Below are positions 14,740 through 32,506 of a stretch of DNA of 64,000 nucleotides, in pieces (the stretch's first letter is position 1; each line of letters starts with the position of its first letter). Source of the stretch: Paraspadella gotoi (Eukaryota; Animalia; Chaetognatha); NCBI GenBank assembly GCA_051294375.1, contig CM119264.1, positions 18,503,354 through 18,567,353 on the forward strand, read 5' to 3'. The notes below the pieces were generated by a model that was not told the origin of the DNA, made no database searches, and saw only the letters and a list, made by a program, of their open reading frames with translations. The position numbers were made by a program, and so were the translations under genes.

Positions 14740-14840
14740 TTTCCGCTTCTCGGTTTCGACGGCGACCGAGCGTGAGACGCAGCGTGAGACGCCGCGAGCG
14801 AGGCGCCCTCTTCCGGTTACTTCCGTTTCGCTGCGAAAGA
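14740..14840. promoter_or_regulatory. Candidate CpG-rich core promoter with paired ETS-like motifs
   Basis: CTTCCGG (14810-14816) and ACTTCCG (14819-14825) lie in a short GC/CpG-rich block flanked by AT-rich DNA. Confidence 0.3.
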
Positions 14841-15896
14841 GGAACGAGAGAAGGGAGCAGCATATATCGAGCAGAGAAAACGTGCAACGTGAACGATGTC
14901 GTAAAAAAAAAAGAAAAAAGGGGGAAAAAAGTTCATCCCTCTGCCGCGTAAACAGGATGAATATTCTGGTCACATTCTCCTTTAGTTTCCAAATCCAATC
15001 AATTTATTGAGATTATTGCGGCTGGATTATAGTAGATGTCTGTGCTGGTCATATTGTTATATTCAGTAATATTATGGACTATTGCATTCAGTAAAAGAAA
15101 ACGTAAAATACTTTTAATGTGGTTTACAACAACGACGTTTGTATTACAAGAAATTGTTTGTAATCTCAACGGAAGAAAGAATCAGAACAATGTCATTCAG
15201 TAATCATATTCCTAGATAATAAACTGTTGAATATATCGCCTTAGTAGACGGAAAAGAGGCAAAAATGCTCTTGGTACAATCCAATCTCTAAGCAGACATT
15301 CCCAAGTCGGCCATATTTGTTTGAGTTGCCATTTTGTCGACCGGCGAATCCTCGCCGAGTTTTTGGCAATTTTCTCCTTTTTGTTCTTTTTTTTTCATTG
15401 ATTTCGGTTTTCGACAACGACGACGACAACGACGACACGACGACCCCTACGTGTCAGAACCTCAACTAACTGTACTGTCCCATTCGTTTCTTTTCTCCCC
15501 ATCACTTTTTCTTCAAACGCTCCTCTGATTTGTCAATTATCAATTTTTTTTTTCTCTTCTTTTATACCTCTCTCAACCTCTCTCTCTTATTCCTGTATTG
15601 TTTCCATCATTTATCTTTTTTTCCCATTCATTCTTTTCACCGTCATTTTTCATTCTCACTCAACCGGTCAACTTCTTTTTCCATTCTAAACTCTTTTCTT
15701 TCCTTTCCTCCCTTTCCTCCGCCTCAATCTCCTCCCAAGTCCGTTCTCTCCTTCGTCCCGTTTTATCGATTCGTTGTCCTCGCACGCGAAACTGACGCCT
15801 CATCTCTCCATCTCTTCCTTCGCTTCAAAATATATTATTATTATTATGTCCACCCAAAGTGCAACAAAATCTCTCACGGCAGTCTCCCTTTAGTGC

Positions 15897-19555
<3,659 letters not shown>

Positions 19556-19559
19556 CTCT

Positions 19560-21164
19560 TCTCTCATATCTCTTGCTCCTTGCCCGACTTTCCCCTGTTC
19601 CAGCTGCTTCTCACTCCTCTTTTCCTCCGTTCCCTCTTCCCCCAATTTAAACTTCCACTCTCAATCTCTCGCTCTTTCGACTTCTCATTTCCTATTTGTG
19701 ACGTAAAAACGTAAAAGTAAAACACTTATTGCGAAACATATTAGACAGGAAAGCGTAAAAATGTACTAGCAGATCTCATTTATTTAATAAATTACTTTTT
19801 ACAGTTGTTTTTTATTAGAGATTTAGTTGAGTAGTTCCATCCTATTATTAAAATCATCTAACGTTAGGAATTCTAATTAAAATAAAATAGTCCTATTTAC
19901 ACATCTTTGCTTCAATTCATTGCGTAGAGTCGTAAGCTGTCGAAAATTTCAGACCTTAAAATCGACAATACCTTTCAGCATAATATTCTATTCGGCGGCT
20001 CAAACGAGCATAAAGTTCCCGCTGGCGACTGCGGCTAAAGCTCATCAGATTCACGCTCGCTCTCTCCGTCCTCTCGTCAGCAGTTGGCTGCAATTTTACC
20101 GCGACAATGACGACGACAGAAAAAGGAGACGAAAACCTATAATAATAAACAGATACGTCGCTGATGACAACGGCGGTTTGACGATGTCGCCTGATGACAA
20201 CGACGTCCACAAACGAAAACGACGACGACGACGACTTATCTCAAAACATGAAAGAATCAACTGAGGCACCGACACCTCAACTCCCTCGTACGCGGCCACT
20301 AACTGCGCGCTCTCTTCTTCACCTTTCGCCACGCGGCCACGAAAATAAAATTAACAACCAACACTTCCTTTCGACCAAGGTTGAAAAGACTGCCTCTCTC
20401 CTCCTCACTCAAATATCTTCTCTTCGCTCCCTCCTCTTCAACTCCTCTTCTAATCTTTATTCGCAACCAATGCGTCCGACTTCTTCCTCCCTCACTCTCC
20501 CTCTTCTCTCGGATGTTATGATTAATTCCGTAGACTCGCCTCTTTTTTTTCCCCTGCGAGTTTTTCCGATTAGCGGTAACGCTATTAACGCCCGCCGCAA
20601 CGCCCGATGCAGATCCCGCGCTGCATTTTCGCGTTTTAATATTTACGGAAAGAAAAAAGTTTCAATTTTATATGAGGTAACAGTTTTACGCCAATAGAAC
20701 TACGAAGTGAAAATAGACGGCGTTTTCTTTATATAGTGCAAATGACGATTTCTTATGATGCGTAATAGCGCAGATGGGACTTCGTGACTATAGGTCCAGA
20801 ACACGTGGCGGGGGCTTTCCCGTGGGCGGGGGCGGTGGCTCGGGCGTGCCTCGGGCGAGGTGGTAGTGGCTCGGCAGCGGGGGCGTGTTTCGATGTCGGC
20901 AGGCGGATTCTACTTCACTTGCGATTTATTTTCGTGAAACTTTTTCTCTTTCAACGATTTGAAGGGTCGCAGGTGACTTGGAGGTGAAATCGAGGGAAGG
21001 AGAGGGGCGGTGAAAGATGATGAAGATGCGAAGGGGAAAGAAAGAACCGATCTGAAATTTACATTTTAATTTCATGTAGGTTGGAAAGTCTCTCTCTCTC
21101 TCTCTCTCTCTCGTCTGCTCGTCTCGTCTCTCTCTCTCTCCCAGAGTGTTTGCTCTGAAAGTCC

Positions 21165-21254
<90 letters not shown>

Positions 21255-23880
21255 GAGAGGGAGAGAGAGCGAGAGAGAAGAGAGAGAGAGAGAGAGAAAC
21301 AAGACAGGTTATCGAAAAGTCCGTTAATTCTAATTATTTCCGATTTTATTTTCGTATTTTAGAAAAAAAAGGTTTTTTCCACGTAAAAAGTCAACACATC
21401 GTAATCATCGTATCACCATTGTACATTGTATTACCTTTCAACATCTTCATCATTCAATCCATCGTCCCCGCCCTTCTCCAACATCACCATCGCCCCTCTC
21501 ATCCCCGATTCGTGTCCCCGCCCCCTGATTCTTTCTTCGCTCGTTCTTCGCTTCCCGTCGGATCGCATCCGGAAGGCCGCGAATCCTCGGACTCCCATTT
21601 CCCTTTTTTTCCTCCTTATATTTTATTTCTTTCGAAAAATCGAAGATCGAAGTGGCCGAAAGACGCGAGATGGAGATGAATCTCGTCTGGGTTCATCCTC
21701 GCTTCGTCCATGCGCTCCACCTTTTTAAATTGCTAATTTTTGCCCTAACCCCTTTCCAATTCTCGTTCGCTCAACTCCCTCTATTGGCTCAACCTCTAAC
21801 CATCCCAACCATAATCACTAAGGCGTAGTAAAATTCCTAAGTTAACTTTAATTAAAATTCTAAAAGTGAGGAATGAACAACATTATACTATGAACATTTA
21901 TGTATAAAAAAAAAATTATAATAAATTTTACAATTACGCAGTTAGGCCATATTATACTAGTACTAAACCAATAAAATGTTAAAATTTCAAAACAGTTTTT
22001 TTTCTACAGATTTTTTTGCAGATTTGGATTCGTCATAAAAAGTGATAAAAAGAAATATAACTCATTTTGAAAAATTCCTTCATTAAGTGGTCAAAAATTA
22101 GAAACAGCTATATTTTAAACTGAAATTTAACTTTTTATATATTAAATATAGTTTTTTAATTTTTAACCTACTTAATAAAGAATTTTTAAAAATGAATTAT
22201 ATTTTCTTTTATCAACTTTTGACGAGGAATTCAAATCTGCAATCAAAATTAGAAAAGCCTATTTTAAAATTTTTCGATTTTATAAGGATAGTACTATATT
22301 ATAAATATATGCCTACTGCAAAAATTAAAAAACATAAAATTAATTTTTTTTACAAATTAATGTTCACTGATGGTATGTTGTTCATAATTGACTTTTAAAA
22401 TTTTTGTATGTAACTTTCACTACGCCTTAATAATTCACTCACTGCTCGACGCTCTCTTCTGTTTACGTCAACTTTACTGCGTCTCATCACCCTCCTTTTC
22501 TATCCATCTCCTCTACTTAACCTCTATACTATCTCCGCTCTCCTCCTTCTGCTAGCTCGTCTTCTGATTACTCATCCTCGAAACTCCGCGTCCGTGGATT
22601 CAATCTTAGTTTGTTTAAATGTATGCTAAATAGATAAAGAAGCGTCGAAACTTATAATATCTTTGCTCGGCACGGCTTACGCGGGCGCTCGCGAAACGTC
22701 GTGTCGTAAGTGGTCACGACGTTGCGTCATTCGTTGACGTTAATTCGAATGCATTATCTCGAGGTTTTCGGGGTCGAAGAAAACAAAAATAAACAACTGA
22801 GTCGAAACGCACAAAAAGCCAAAACGAAAAAGAGAAGATGAAAAAAATAAAAAAACGCCACAAAAATAGTTGTTTAAATAAAATATATAAATAGCCTTTA
22901 ACAGGGTGAAAAATGTCATCATGAATGAAATCGCACGATCGACTGGCATTTCTTTCTATTCTTTCCATTTATTATATTATTATTTATGTAATTATCTATT
23001 ATTATTATTATTTGATTAATTTTATATTCGTATTATTATTATAATATTCGCAATTCGACGAGTTAAAAGGACGGACATAAATGGTGGTTTGAAATAATCT
23101 CAATATGCTATCTTACCTTTTTTTAAATCTTCGCCTAACATTAAACGGTATTAAATTTTCATATATTTTCGTAAAACACAATATTGTTTCTTCTGCCAGC
23201 TTTCAGTTTTATTTTTTTTCCGTTACTATTTTAATCATTACTCGTTACCATTGTCTTTTTATTTAAACTTAATTTAGCATGCATTTAAAAAAATTTAAAC
23301 TGGAAGTAAATTTTAATTCACAGACGACCAAGTTTAGTTTTAATCAAAATAATGGAGAACGGATCGGTTACGTTGTACGTTGTGTTCGTTTGTCGCGCTA
23401 GACTCCAATAACTGAGAGATCTTTTCTAAGCGTCGTTATTAAAATTAATTTCTTTGCTTTTATTTTATTGACGACTTCGTTTGCAGCGAAACGCGTGTGG
23501 TCCGAGCTTCGCCCCCCGCTCCCAACTTTCGAAAAAAACTTGGGGAGTAAAAAGATGATGGGTGAAATCATGCCGTGGAATGTTTGCGGATTATCAAAGA
23601 AACCTCGCGTGTTTTTGGCGTTTTTTTTTAGGAAGAGGTTGGTTTGGAATTAGAAGTCTATCATTTCACATCACGGGCTTTTGTTTTGAATGCATCACAT
23701 TTATATTTTTAATTTGATTCAGGAGATTAATAAACATCGAACAACGAACATCAAATATTTGTGGCAGAGGTTGCTTTTAAAAATAAATTTCGGATTTATC
23801 GGATCCAGTTCTAAATTCGACAAAGAAATTTTAAACTGATTTGAAAATTAAAAATTCTCGAAAAAAAAACGTAAAATAGC
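19560..23880. repeat. Copy B of the 16020-19555 duplication, insertion-rich and carrying an extra MITE
   Basis: Colinear with copy A, with many single-base insertions plus a 611-bp insertion at 21819-22429. Confidence 0.92.
21819..22429. mobile_element. 611-bp hAT-like MITE with 8-bp target-site duplication
   Basis: TIRs TAAGGCGTAGTAAAATT and AACTTTCACTACGCCTTA. Flanks are ATAATCAC (21811-21818) and ATAATTCAC (22430-22438). The empty site caaccataatcactcaactg is visible in copy A at ~18171-18190. Confidence 0.88.
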
Positions 23881-23891
23881 TCTCTCCTCTC

Positions 23892-23945
<54 letters not shown>

Positions 23946-24329
23946 TTCTCTCTCCTCTTTCGTCCGAGACCGGAAAGTGGGAATAACCTTGACGGACTGC
24001 CCATCTCATTCTCTCTTTTTCNNNNNNNNNNNNNNNNNNNNNNNNNTAGCCTCTCTCTCCTCGTCTCTTCGTCATCTTCGATCCCGTCAGAAGTTAGAGG
24101 TCCCCCTGTTCGCGTGTGGTCGCCGTCTCTCGTCTCTCTCGGTCTATTCTGCTCGCTCCTCTTCCTCGTCGCTCTCTCTCTGTCGTTCCTTTTTTCGTTT
24201 CCGGCCCTCCGTCGCGGGAGAGCCGAAACCAGGTCCGTAGGCGCCGCAGCCTAATTACATTGTGAAAGTGGGGAAGGAAAACTTGAGCGGGAACTGCCAT
24301 TGTCAATATCTCTTTGCGTGCTCCTTGTT

Positions 24330-25790
24330 TTCACTCGGTGGTTTTAACGAAACCTCTTTTCTATTTTTCACTCCCTCGTCGTATCCCGTGCTATTCTCTT
24401 CCGCGGGGCCTGCCCCTGTGCGACTGTCGGTCGTCGTCGTCGTCGTCGTCCGTCGGTTGAAAGAATAGCACAAAGAGGAAAAAATCAAGAACAAAGAAAA
24501 AATTGATGAAGAAGGAAACTAGAAAGGCGGAGACGAAGCCGGGAAAAAAAAGACTTGTATTTGTATTTGTTGTGCGTTCAAGAATTGTGTGAAGCGTTTT
24601 AGTTTTTGTGTGTTGGCTTGGTCAGCACGATTTCTGCTGCGCTGAAAAACCTGCTTGGCCAATGGGCTGTGCCAAGAGATGCAAATCTTTACGTTTCGTA
24701 TACTATGGGTCAGAAGATCCTACTTTTCTTTTTAATGTTTAATATTAACTATGTTTATTAAGAATTTAAAAACCATGTGTTTTTTTGGGGTTTAAAAATA
24801 AAATTCGGTGTTCAAAAATGGGAGTATGAACGCCCGGATCAGTCACGGTACCCGGCGGGAAACATGAACCAGGCCGGCTCTAGTATTGGGTTAAATCAGA
24901 GCTTTTTTAGATTTGGACGAGGGTTTAGTTGTCAGTTCTCGGACTGCCATACTCGGGAGGTTCCGATTAAATTAGACTATTATTTAATGTAGTCTGTTGT
25001 CATTAGTTATGAATTATAAATACTGTGAGAACATTCTCTTGCTCCTGTCCGGTTTTCCTAGTTATGCGGCCCCAGTGGTTTCTGTTTTTGAACATTTTTC
25101 CGGAGGAGTACGTATGAGTCTCACGTTGGTTGTTTCGTCTCATTTTCCCTCGTCTCTCTCCTTCTCGTTCTCACCGTTCCGATCCCCTACTCGGTGGTTT
25201 AACTCTTTTCTTTTTTCACTCCCTCTCGGTATCGCTCATCTCTTCGCGGGCCGCCCTGTGACTGTCGTCGTCGTCGTCGTCGGGTGAAAAAAGCCAAAAG
25301 GAAAAACAAACAAAAAAAATGATGAAGAAGAAACTAAACGCGAAAGACGAGCGGAAAAAAAAAAAACTTGTATTTATTTTTGCGCTCAGAATTTGTGAAG
25401 GTTTTAGTTTCTTGTTTCGCTTTTCACGATTTCTGCGCTACTTTGGCCACTGAATCATCTTTACGTTTCGTAACTGTCAAAATCTCTACTTTTTCTTTGT
25501 AATTTATTACTTTTTTAAAAACATTTTTTTGGGGTTTAATGGTTCAAATGATAAACGCCGATCACACCAAAACAACCCGCTCTTTATTTTTATCAACTTT
25601 TTATTGGGTTTATTTCATTCTCACCACGTTCTTAATTAGACAATTATTAATAAAGTCGTTTCTTATAATTATCAAATCTGTAATCTTCTTCACCGGCTTA
25701 TCTATTCGCCCATTTCTTTTTTGACTTTTCCAAGTTATGTCTCACGTTGTTTTCCTCATTTTCCCTCTCTCTCTCCTTCTCGTTCTCCAT
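24330..25790. repeat. Degenerate tandem duplication (~24330-25175 vs ~25188-25790)
   Basis: Both units run from actcggtggttt...cactccctc...gtcgtcgtcgtc to tctcacgttg...ccttctcgttctc; the second copy is strongly deletion-rich. Confidence 0.8.
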
Positions 25791-26139
25791 CTCCCTCCCT
25801 CCTTTTTCTTTTTCACCATCTTTCTCTTCCAACATCTCCTCCGCCTCTCCACCTCTCAATCTCTCCATCCAACCATCACTTCTTTTCTTCAACTCAAATT
25901 ACGATCTTTTCTCTTTCTTCNNNNNNNNNNNNNNNNNNNNNNNNNNNNNNNNNNNNNNNNNNNNNNNNNNNNNNNNNNNNNNNNNNNNNNNNNNNNNNNN
26001 NNNNNNNNNNNNNNNNNNNNNNNNNNNNNNNNNNNNNNNNNNNNNNNNNNNNNNNNNNNNNNNNNNNNNNNNNNNNNNNNNNNNNNNNNNNNNNNNNNNN
26101 NNNNNNNNNNNNNNNNNNNNNNNNNNNNNNNNNNNNNNN

Positions 26140-26171
<32 letters not shown>

Positions 26172-27666
26172 TCTTCCCCTCTCGGCGTTACTATTATTAT
26201 CAATGTTGTATTGTCATTTTTGTAAAAATTCTTCTCTAAATCCACATTTTTGTGTATGTACGATATAATTTTAAAAATCATACTTTAAAAAAGTATTTTG
26301 TGCTTTTTTATTTACAAAATGATTTTTACAAGTTACTCAATTTGGTTTATTTCAGTTTTCCGATCGGTAATGTTTTCGCAAAACAAATTATCTCTCTCTC
26401 TCTCTCTCTCTNNNNNNNNNNNNNNNNNNNNNNNNNNNNNNNNNNNNNNNNNNNNNNNNNNNNNNNNNNNNNNNNNNNNNNNNNNNNNNNNNNNNNNNNN
26501 NNNNNNNNNNNNNNNNNNNNNNNNNNNNNNNNNNNNNNNNNNNNNNNNNNNNNNNNNNNNNNNNNNNNNNNNNNNNNNNNNNNNNNNNNNNNNNNNNNNN
26601 NNNNNNNNNNNNNNNNNNNNNNNNNNNNNNNNNNNNNNNNNNNNNNNNNNNNNNNNNNNNNNNNNNNNNNNNNNNNNNNNNNNNNNNNNNNNNNNNNNNN
26701 NNNNNNNNNNNNNNNNNNNNNNNNNNNNNNNNNNNNNNNNNNNNNNNNNNNNNNNNNNNNNNNNNNNNNNNNNNNNNNNNNNNNNNNNNNNNNNNNNNNN
26801 NNTTTTTTTTTTTCGTTCGGGCGAAAAAACAATGATTAGGGAGACCAAATTTTGTCGTATAAACAAGCACCTATCGTTCGTTAACTGGAACAAGAATAAN
26901 NNNNNNNNNTCTCTCTCTACGTCATCGTCGATATAATCGTCGTGTTGTTGTCTTTTGTTGTTAACTTTTTGAAGGCGAAATCGAGTCGAATTTTTCGTTC
27001 GAACGAATATCGTTGTCGAGAGACAGAAATCCTGTCAATTTGAAAAGACAAACTTTCGTCGAAGCAAAAAACAAATCACAACAAATAAGCAAGTGGATTT
27101 TAAAAACAACAACAATATCTAGTCACGTTTCAAACACGAAAAAGATTTATACTGCTTTTCGTTTGAGTCCAGGTTTTTTTTTTTAAATAAGTCTTCTGTC
27201 GGAGAAGATATCGTAACACCTGGTAATAAAGATTATCCCAAATGGTTGAGCTAATTACGATTTAAAAATCGTTGGACAAAAGAAATACGACTCTGCCTGG
27301 CGAAGATCGACCGGGGATAATTTATACCGAAGCTGTCGGGAAGGGATAAACCGCAAAACACAAAATCCAATCCTTTCCCCGAACCTCGAACCTCGAACCT
27401 CGAACCTCGAACCTCGAAATCTTTGCTTTTTTCTCCCCCGATTGTTTTTTTCTCGTCTCTTCTTAAATATTTCTTGCGTCTATTTTTCTTCAACACTTCA
27501 AAGCGAAAAGTAATTCTTGCAAGAACATTTTTTTAAAGTGTTTAAAGTTGGAGTTTTAATAATCCGCATTATTTAATTGTATCTTGCGAGAAAGTTTTTC
27601 CGAAGTCCCACGATTTTGACGTACTATTTTCACCACTTCGTTTTGGCACTACTGCATGTATTGTAG

Positions 27667-27725
27667 ATTCGGTCCTGGAACTTTCCTACTTCACCCTCGT
27701 CTTTACCGGCCCGGACCGGCCCTCG
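27667..27725 (+). other. Candidate short exon, possibly a distal 5'UTR exon of CSRNP
   Basis: tattgtag| acceptor and TCG|gtaagt consensus donor around a GC-richer 59-nt block. Confidence 0.25.
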
Positions 27726-28192
27726 GTAAGTGGACTCCCTGTATTCGGTGGTTATCGTCCGAGAGTGGATTCTGTGGGTGGTGGTCGCGGCGATCGACTT
27801 GCGATAATAGATCGATTGCACGGTCGTAGTTGATCATTTCTCTCTCTTTCGTAATGAGTATAACCCATTCAATTATATCATGCGCAATGTTCTTTTGTCT
27901 GATCAAGGAGCAAGTGTCCCGTTAATCTGGCAAACGAACGCAGGTGACAAACAAAAAGTTTAAAGGTCAAAGAAGCGTTGGTGGGGGTAGAGGTGGTGAG
28001 GGAGAAACGATGGTGGTTGGCTCTGTCTTTTTAATGAGTTTTAGGAGGAATGAGAGCGAAAAGGGAGAGGGCCGAAGGGAAAGATCCAAAGTCTCGAGTT
28101 CGATGAAAAAGAATGAAAAATCCTCGGCTTCTAGTCTCATCGTTTTCTTCTAAACATCGACGAAGCTCGCCTTCCGATCCCCCGGCTGCCCT

Positions 28193-28302
<110 letters not shown>

Positions 28303-29278
28303 TGGAAAAACTTGGTCTCTCCTCTTGTTTTCTTAGCAGAATATTTTTTGTGTTCTAATCTCTTCACAAAACCTAAATCAAGGTTCTCTCTCTCTCTCTC
28401 TCTGCGAGGGGAATTTTAGAAAATCAGAAAGGATACTCTCTGGCTTGCCCAGAAAAAACTTCCCGGTTTGTTGCCAGAGTCAGAGGTAGAGAGAGATAGA
28501 GAGAGAGTGAGAGAGAGAGAGAATGAGAGGTGGGGACAAATGTCCTGTAAATACGCTAAATGTTTGTATTGCTTCAAAAACAAACTAAATAGATAAAACT
28601 TTAAAGAAAAAAAAACAATTTAGTGAAAATCGGACCAAAATATACGTAATTATAAACTACGGAAAACTAAAGCTCGAGTGCACTTTTCTTTCCTTGCCTT
28701 CAGTTTTCTTGCGGATTTGTTATTAAAACAAACAAAGAATTCGCTTCTTCTCCATCTTAGTACAAAAAAAACCTTCGCTCTGCCTCTCGATCTCTCAAAA
28801 AGAAAAAGTTAAACATTTTTTTTAAAGCTTTTATTTAATTTTGTTTAATTTCCAAAGTTATTTTTGTTTTCGCTCGTTTCTTTTTCGGGGCCTCGCTCAA
28901 ATCTCCCTCCTTTTTTTTTATTAAAGTTTTTTCTCCCTTGGTTACACCTTTCGTCATGGCACAAATCCACTCTTGCACATTTGTTTTCCATGGGGCGGAT
29001 AAGGTTTCGAGTTTATAATGCTTCCGAGAAAATATTCGAACTCGTAAAAAGGGTCATTAAATCTGGAACTGCAGTCCATCATGACATCCTCATTCCTCAA
29101 TCCTTCAACTCTTGCACTTGAAAGCAGTGAGTGGCTTTAAATTTACTTTCGCCGTTATCTTCTCTAGTGTTGAAAATTTTAATTACTATCTCTGGGTCTG
29201 GAAATTGAGGTCAGTATCTACCAAGAGTATTTCTTTTTTTCGACTTCTTTTCCTGCCGATTTCATTTACAATTACACT

Positions 29279-29343
<65 letters not shown>

Positions 29344-32300
29344 AATCCGGTCCAAGTTTTAACCTCATCCAATAATAAACAAAGCTCGGGATATCGCCTT
29401 TTTTTCCTCACTCTCACTCTAGTGATTATTAGGTGTTTTTCTGGCATACGTAAGTGGTTACGACTTGTAATAAAAAATTATTTGCGCTTATTTTGATGCC
29501 GAGTTTTCAAACAGTCAAAATGTTGCCAATTAAACGCCGATTTGAAAGTAATGGGACGGAGAATTGAAAAGTTTATTGGTTCTGGAGTTAACTTAATTGA
29601 GTATTGTCGGATTTGTCAGTGATTAACTTCGTATTTTAAACTCTGTGTATATTAAACATTTGTCATATGATTAAAATTATTTTTATTACCACATTATATT
29701 CTAATTTTTTTATTATTGAATTTACTAGACGGTTATTAAAGAAGATATACTAAATATTTAAATTTTACCATAACTTAATGTCCGAAAAAAACAATGGGGA
29801 TACAAATCGTATATTCTCCCCTCAAAAGACAAATTGACGAACAGTGAAAATAAAGCATATTTTCGAGAAAATCCGTTATTTTATAATTTCCATTCAATTC
29901 AAAGTCTCAGGCACTCAATGCTTTAGTTTTTAAAATTGCTGGATCTGATGTCTAAATAACATATATTTCTAAGATTAATTTGTTAGTAAAATATGGTCAA
30001 TTCAATCGGAAAGGATTTCATAAAAAGACCCTAATTGTGGACAGGGGCGACCTCGCTACGCAGCGACGCAGCGACGCAGCGACGCAGCGACCCTTTTTTC
30101 ATTCATTCAATTATCTCCATTTTCACGATTTTTACGGAAAACGAAAGGATTTATTTTTTCGTGAGTTTTCGGTGGAGTAAAAAAAAGATCTTCTGCCTTC
30201 ACTGGAGCCGAGCTCGCCGTGATAGTCGGGCTGGACAGGCTCGAAGGCTTGCATGAGCTGGACAGGCTCGCTGGGTTGAAGGAGAATCACAGTTGGGGCT
30301 TGGGGGAGCTGGGCACGAGTTCTTAGGTGGTCAATCGGTTTTAATAGGTTAGCTGTCGCGAGGTGTAGATATGACAAATCGAAAGTGAGATTACGGATAT
30401 TTGTCGCCCACCAACAGCTTTACTCTCATAAGTCCTTTGAATCTCAGCCTTCCTGTTTTAAAATCTATTTTATTTCAACCACTTATGTTTTTAATCAGAC
30501 TTCTTTTTTTCTTTGGAGATGGGCAACTCTTTTTTTTACGAAGTAACAATTTTCCTCTTTAATTTACTTTTTTTAAATTTCTTTGCAAAGCCTCGTAAAA
30601 TATTTACCGGCGGACGGCGGGCGGCTTGATTTGTTGCTCCCTAATTCGGTTTTTTTTTTCTCGTCTTTTTAAATCCTTTTGATTCGAGTTTGGAAAGGCG
30701 CTTGGTCTCGATCTATTATAAGCTGAGATCGAAAGGGGAATTTTCACCTCGACTCAAAATGTTCTCTTTTTTTTCAACTGGGTACTTTATATTTACTGAA
30801 CATGAATATTTATCTTTAGGTCGCTGATTTTTTTGTTTCAAACATTTACGTTAAAGCGAATTCAAAACGTATCGTTAAATCCTATTGGTTTCTTTTCCCC
30901 AAACCGTGGAGGAAAAAGAAAATTTCGTTTCGACTTTGCTCTTTATCACCTCAGCAAATCCCCGGATTTAGTCGCTTTTCCTTTTTGAGCAAATCGCGGG
31001 TTTCGTTCTTTACCTCGTGTGTTGCAATTTTGTTTTTCGTCGATATTAAATCGGGTTCTTTACTGTTGTTTATTTATATTAATGCGCCTCTTAGTCTTAC
31101 AAAAACAATGAAAAGAGAGCAACCACGAAAATATCGGCAACGGTACAACAGAGCGAGTTCAACAGCGCCTCCACCGGTGAGTGAGTTTATGAGTGAGTTT
31201 TTAACCTTGGCCTCTTTATTGCCCTTCCAAATCGACCTTGCGGTGGAAAATGATTTCGGGCAATTTTCTCTTTCTTCTCTCTGTGAATGCGAAGGAAGTT
31301 GAAGGCGAGATTCCATTCCCCCTTTTACGCTGGATCAAATTATTTGCTGACTCCGATCCATGATTCTTTTTTCCGTTACGCCACCCACCTTCTTCTTTAC
31401 TACTTCTCTCCCTTATTATATTTTTCCCTTCATTCCCCGAATTCCCTTTATTCCTCACTCCCCTCATCCTTAATTTTTAACTTCAAAGTTCCTTTTCTTT
31501 TCAACTTTAATCTTATCTCCTTTCCTTTTTCCTTCCCTTGTAAATTCTCAATTTTTTTTCTTTCTTCTTACTAATATTTAGTTTTCATTTCTTCTTTTCA
31601 TCTCTCTTTAGTTTACTCATTCCTTCCCCTTCTTCTCCCCAAGTTTCACTATCTTTCATCCGCCTCCACAACAAATCGCTACAACAGTCAACAAAAGGCT
31701 CTCACGCTCACACTCAAACGTCGAGCACACTCCCCCGCTCCCGATTCACATCTGAGGAGACGAGAGAGAGAAGAGACGAAGACGAGAGAGGAAACGAAGA
31801 GAGAGAGAGAGATCGATGAAGAAAATTCTGACGCTTCTTACGCGCAGAGCGACCGCCCTCATAATTCGCGCGGAGGAAACGATTTTGTGACGCCGACATT
31901 CTTGTGACGTCATCGAATAGCAAGAAGTCGTATTAAGAGATGAAGGAGGAGAGAGAGAGAGAGAAACAGAATAAAAAATATTACAAAAAATAATTCTCAT
32001 TCTTTCATTGAACTTTGAGCAAACTGCAAGCTGACCACGGAGCGGTGACTCGCCACCGAAGCCGCCGTAAAATTTGGGCGCCGAGGGAAATGAAAGCGGA
32101 AATAGGGAATATGGCCGCACTCGAGGCGACCCTCGTTTCGGCCACTAAAATCAACATTCGTCGTAACATTTTGAATTAAAAAAAAAATCATCTGCGTGAA
32201 ATCTTTTTAACTGTCAAATTGTCTCTTTTATTTAAGAAAGAAAAGCGTGAAGTTGAAGGCCGCGTTTATGACGTGATCTCTGTGAAATTGTGAAACATCT

Positions 32301-32405
32301 TAACTGCGGGTGCAAATAGAAGGGTCTCACTGACACCCGAGACTTTACGAAGCTACGTCGTTAATCGTTTCAATTCAAAATTTTTTTATCTTCCATGCGA
32401 AAAAA

Positions 32406-32506
<101 letters not shown>

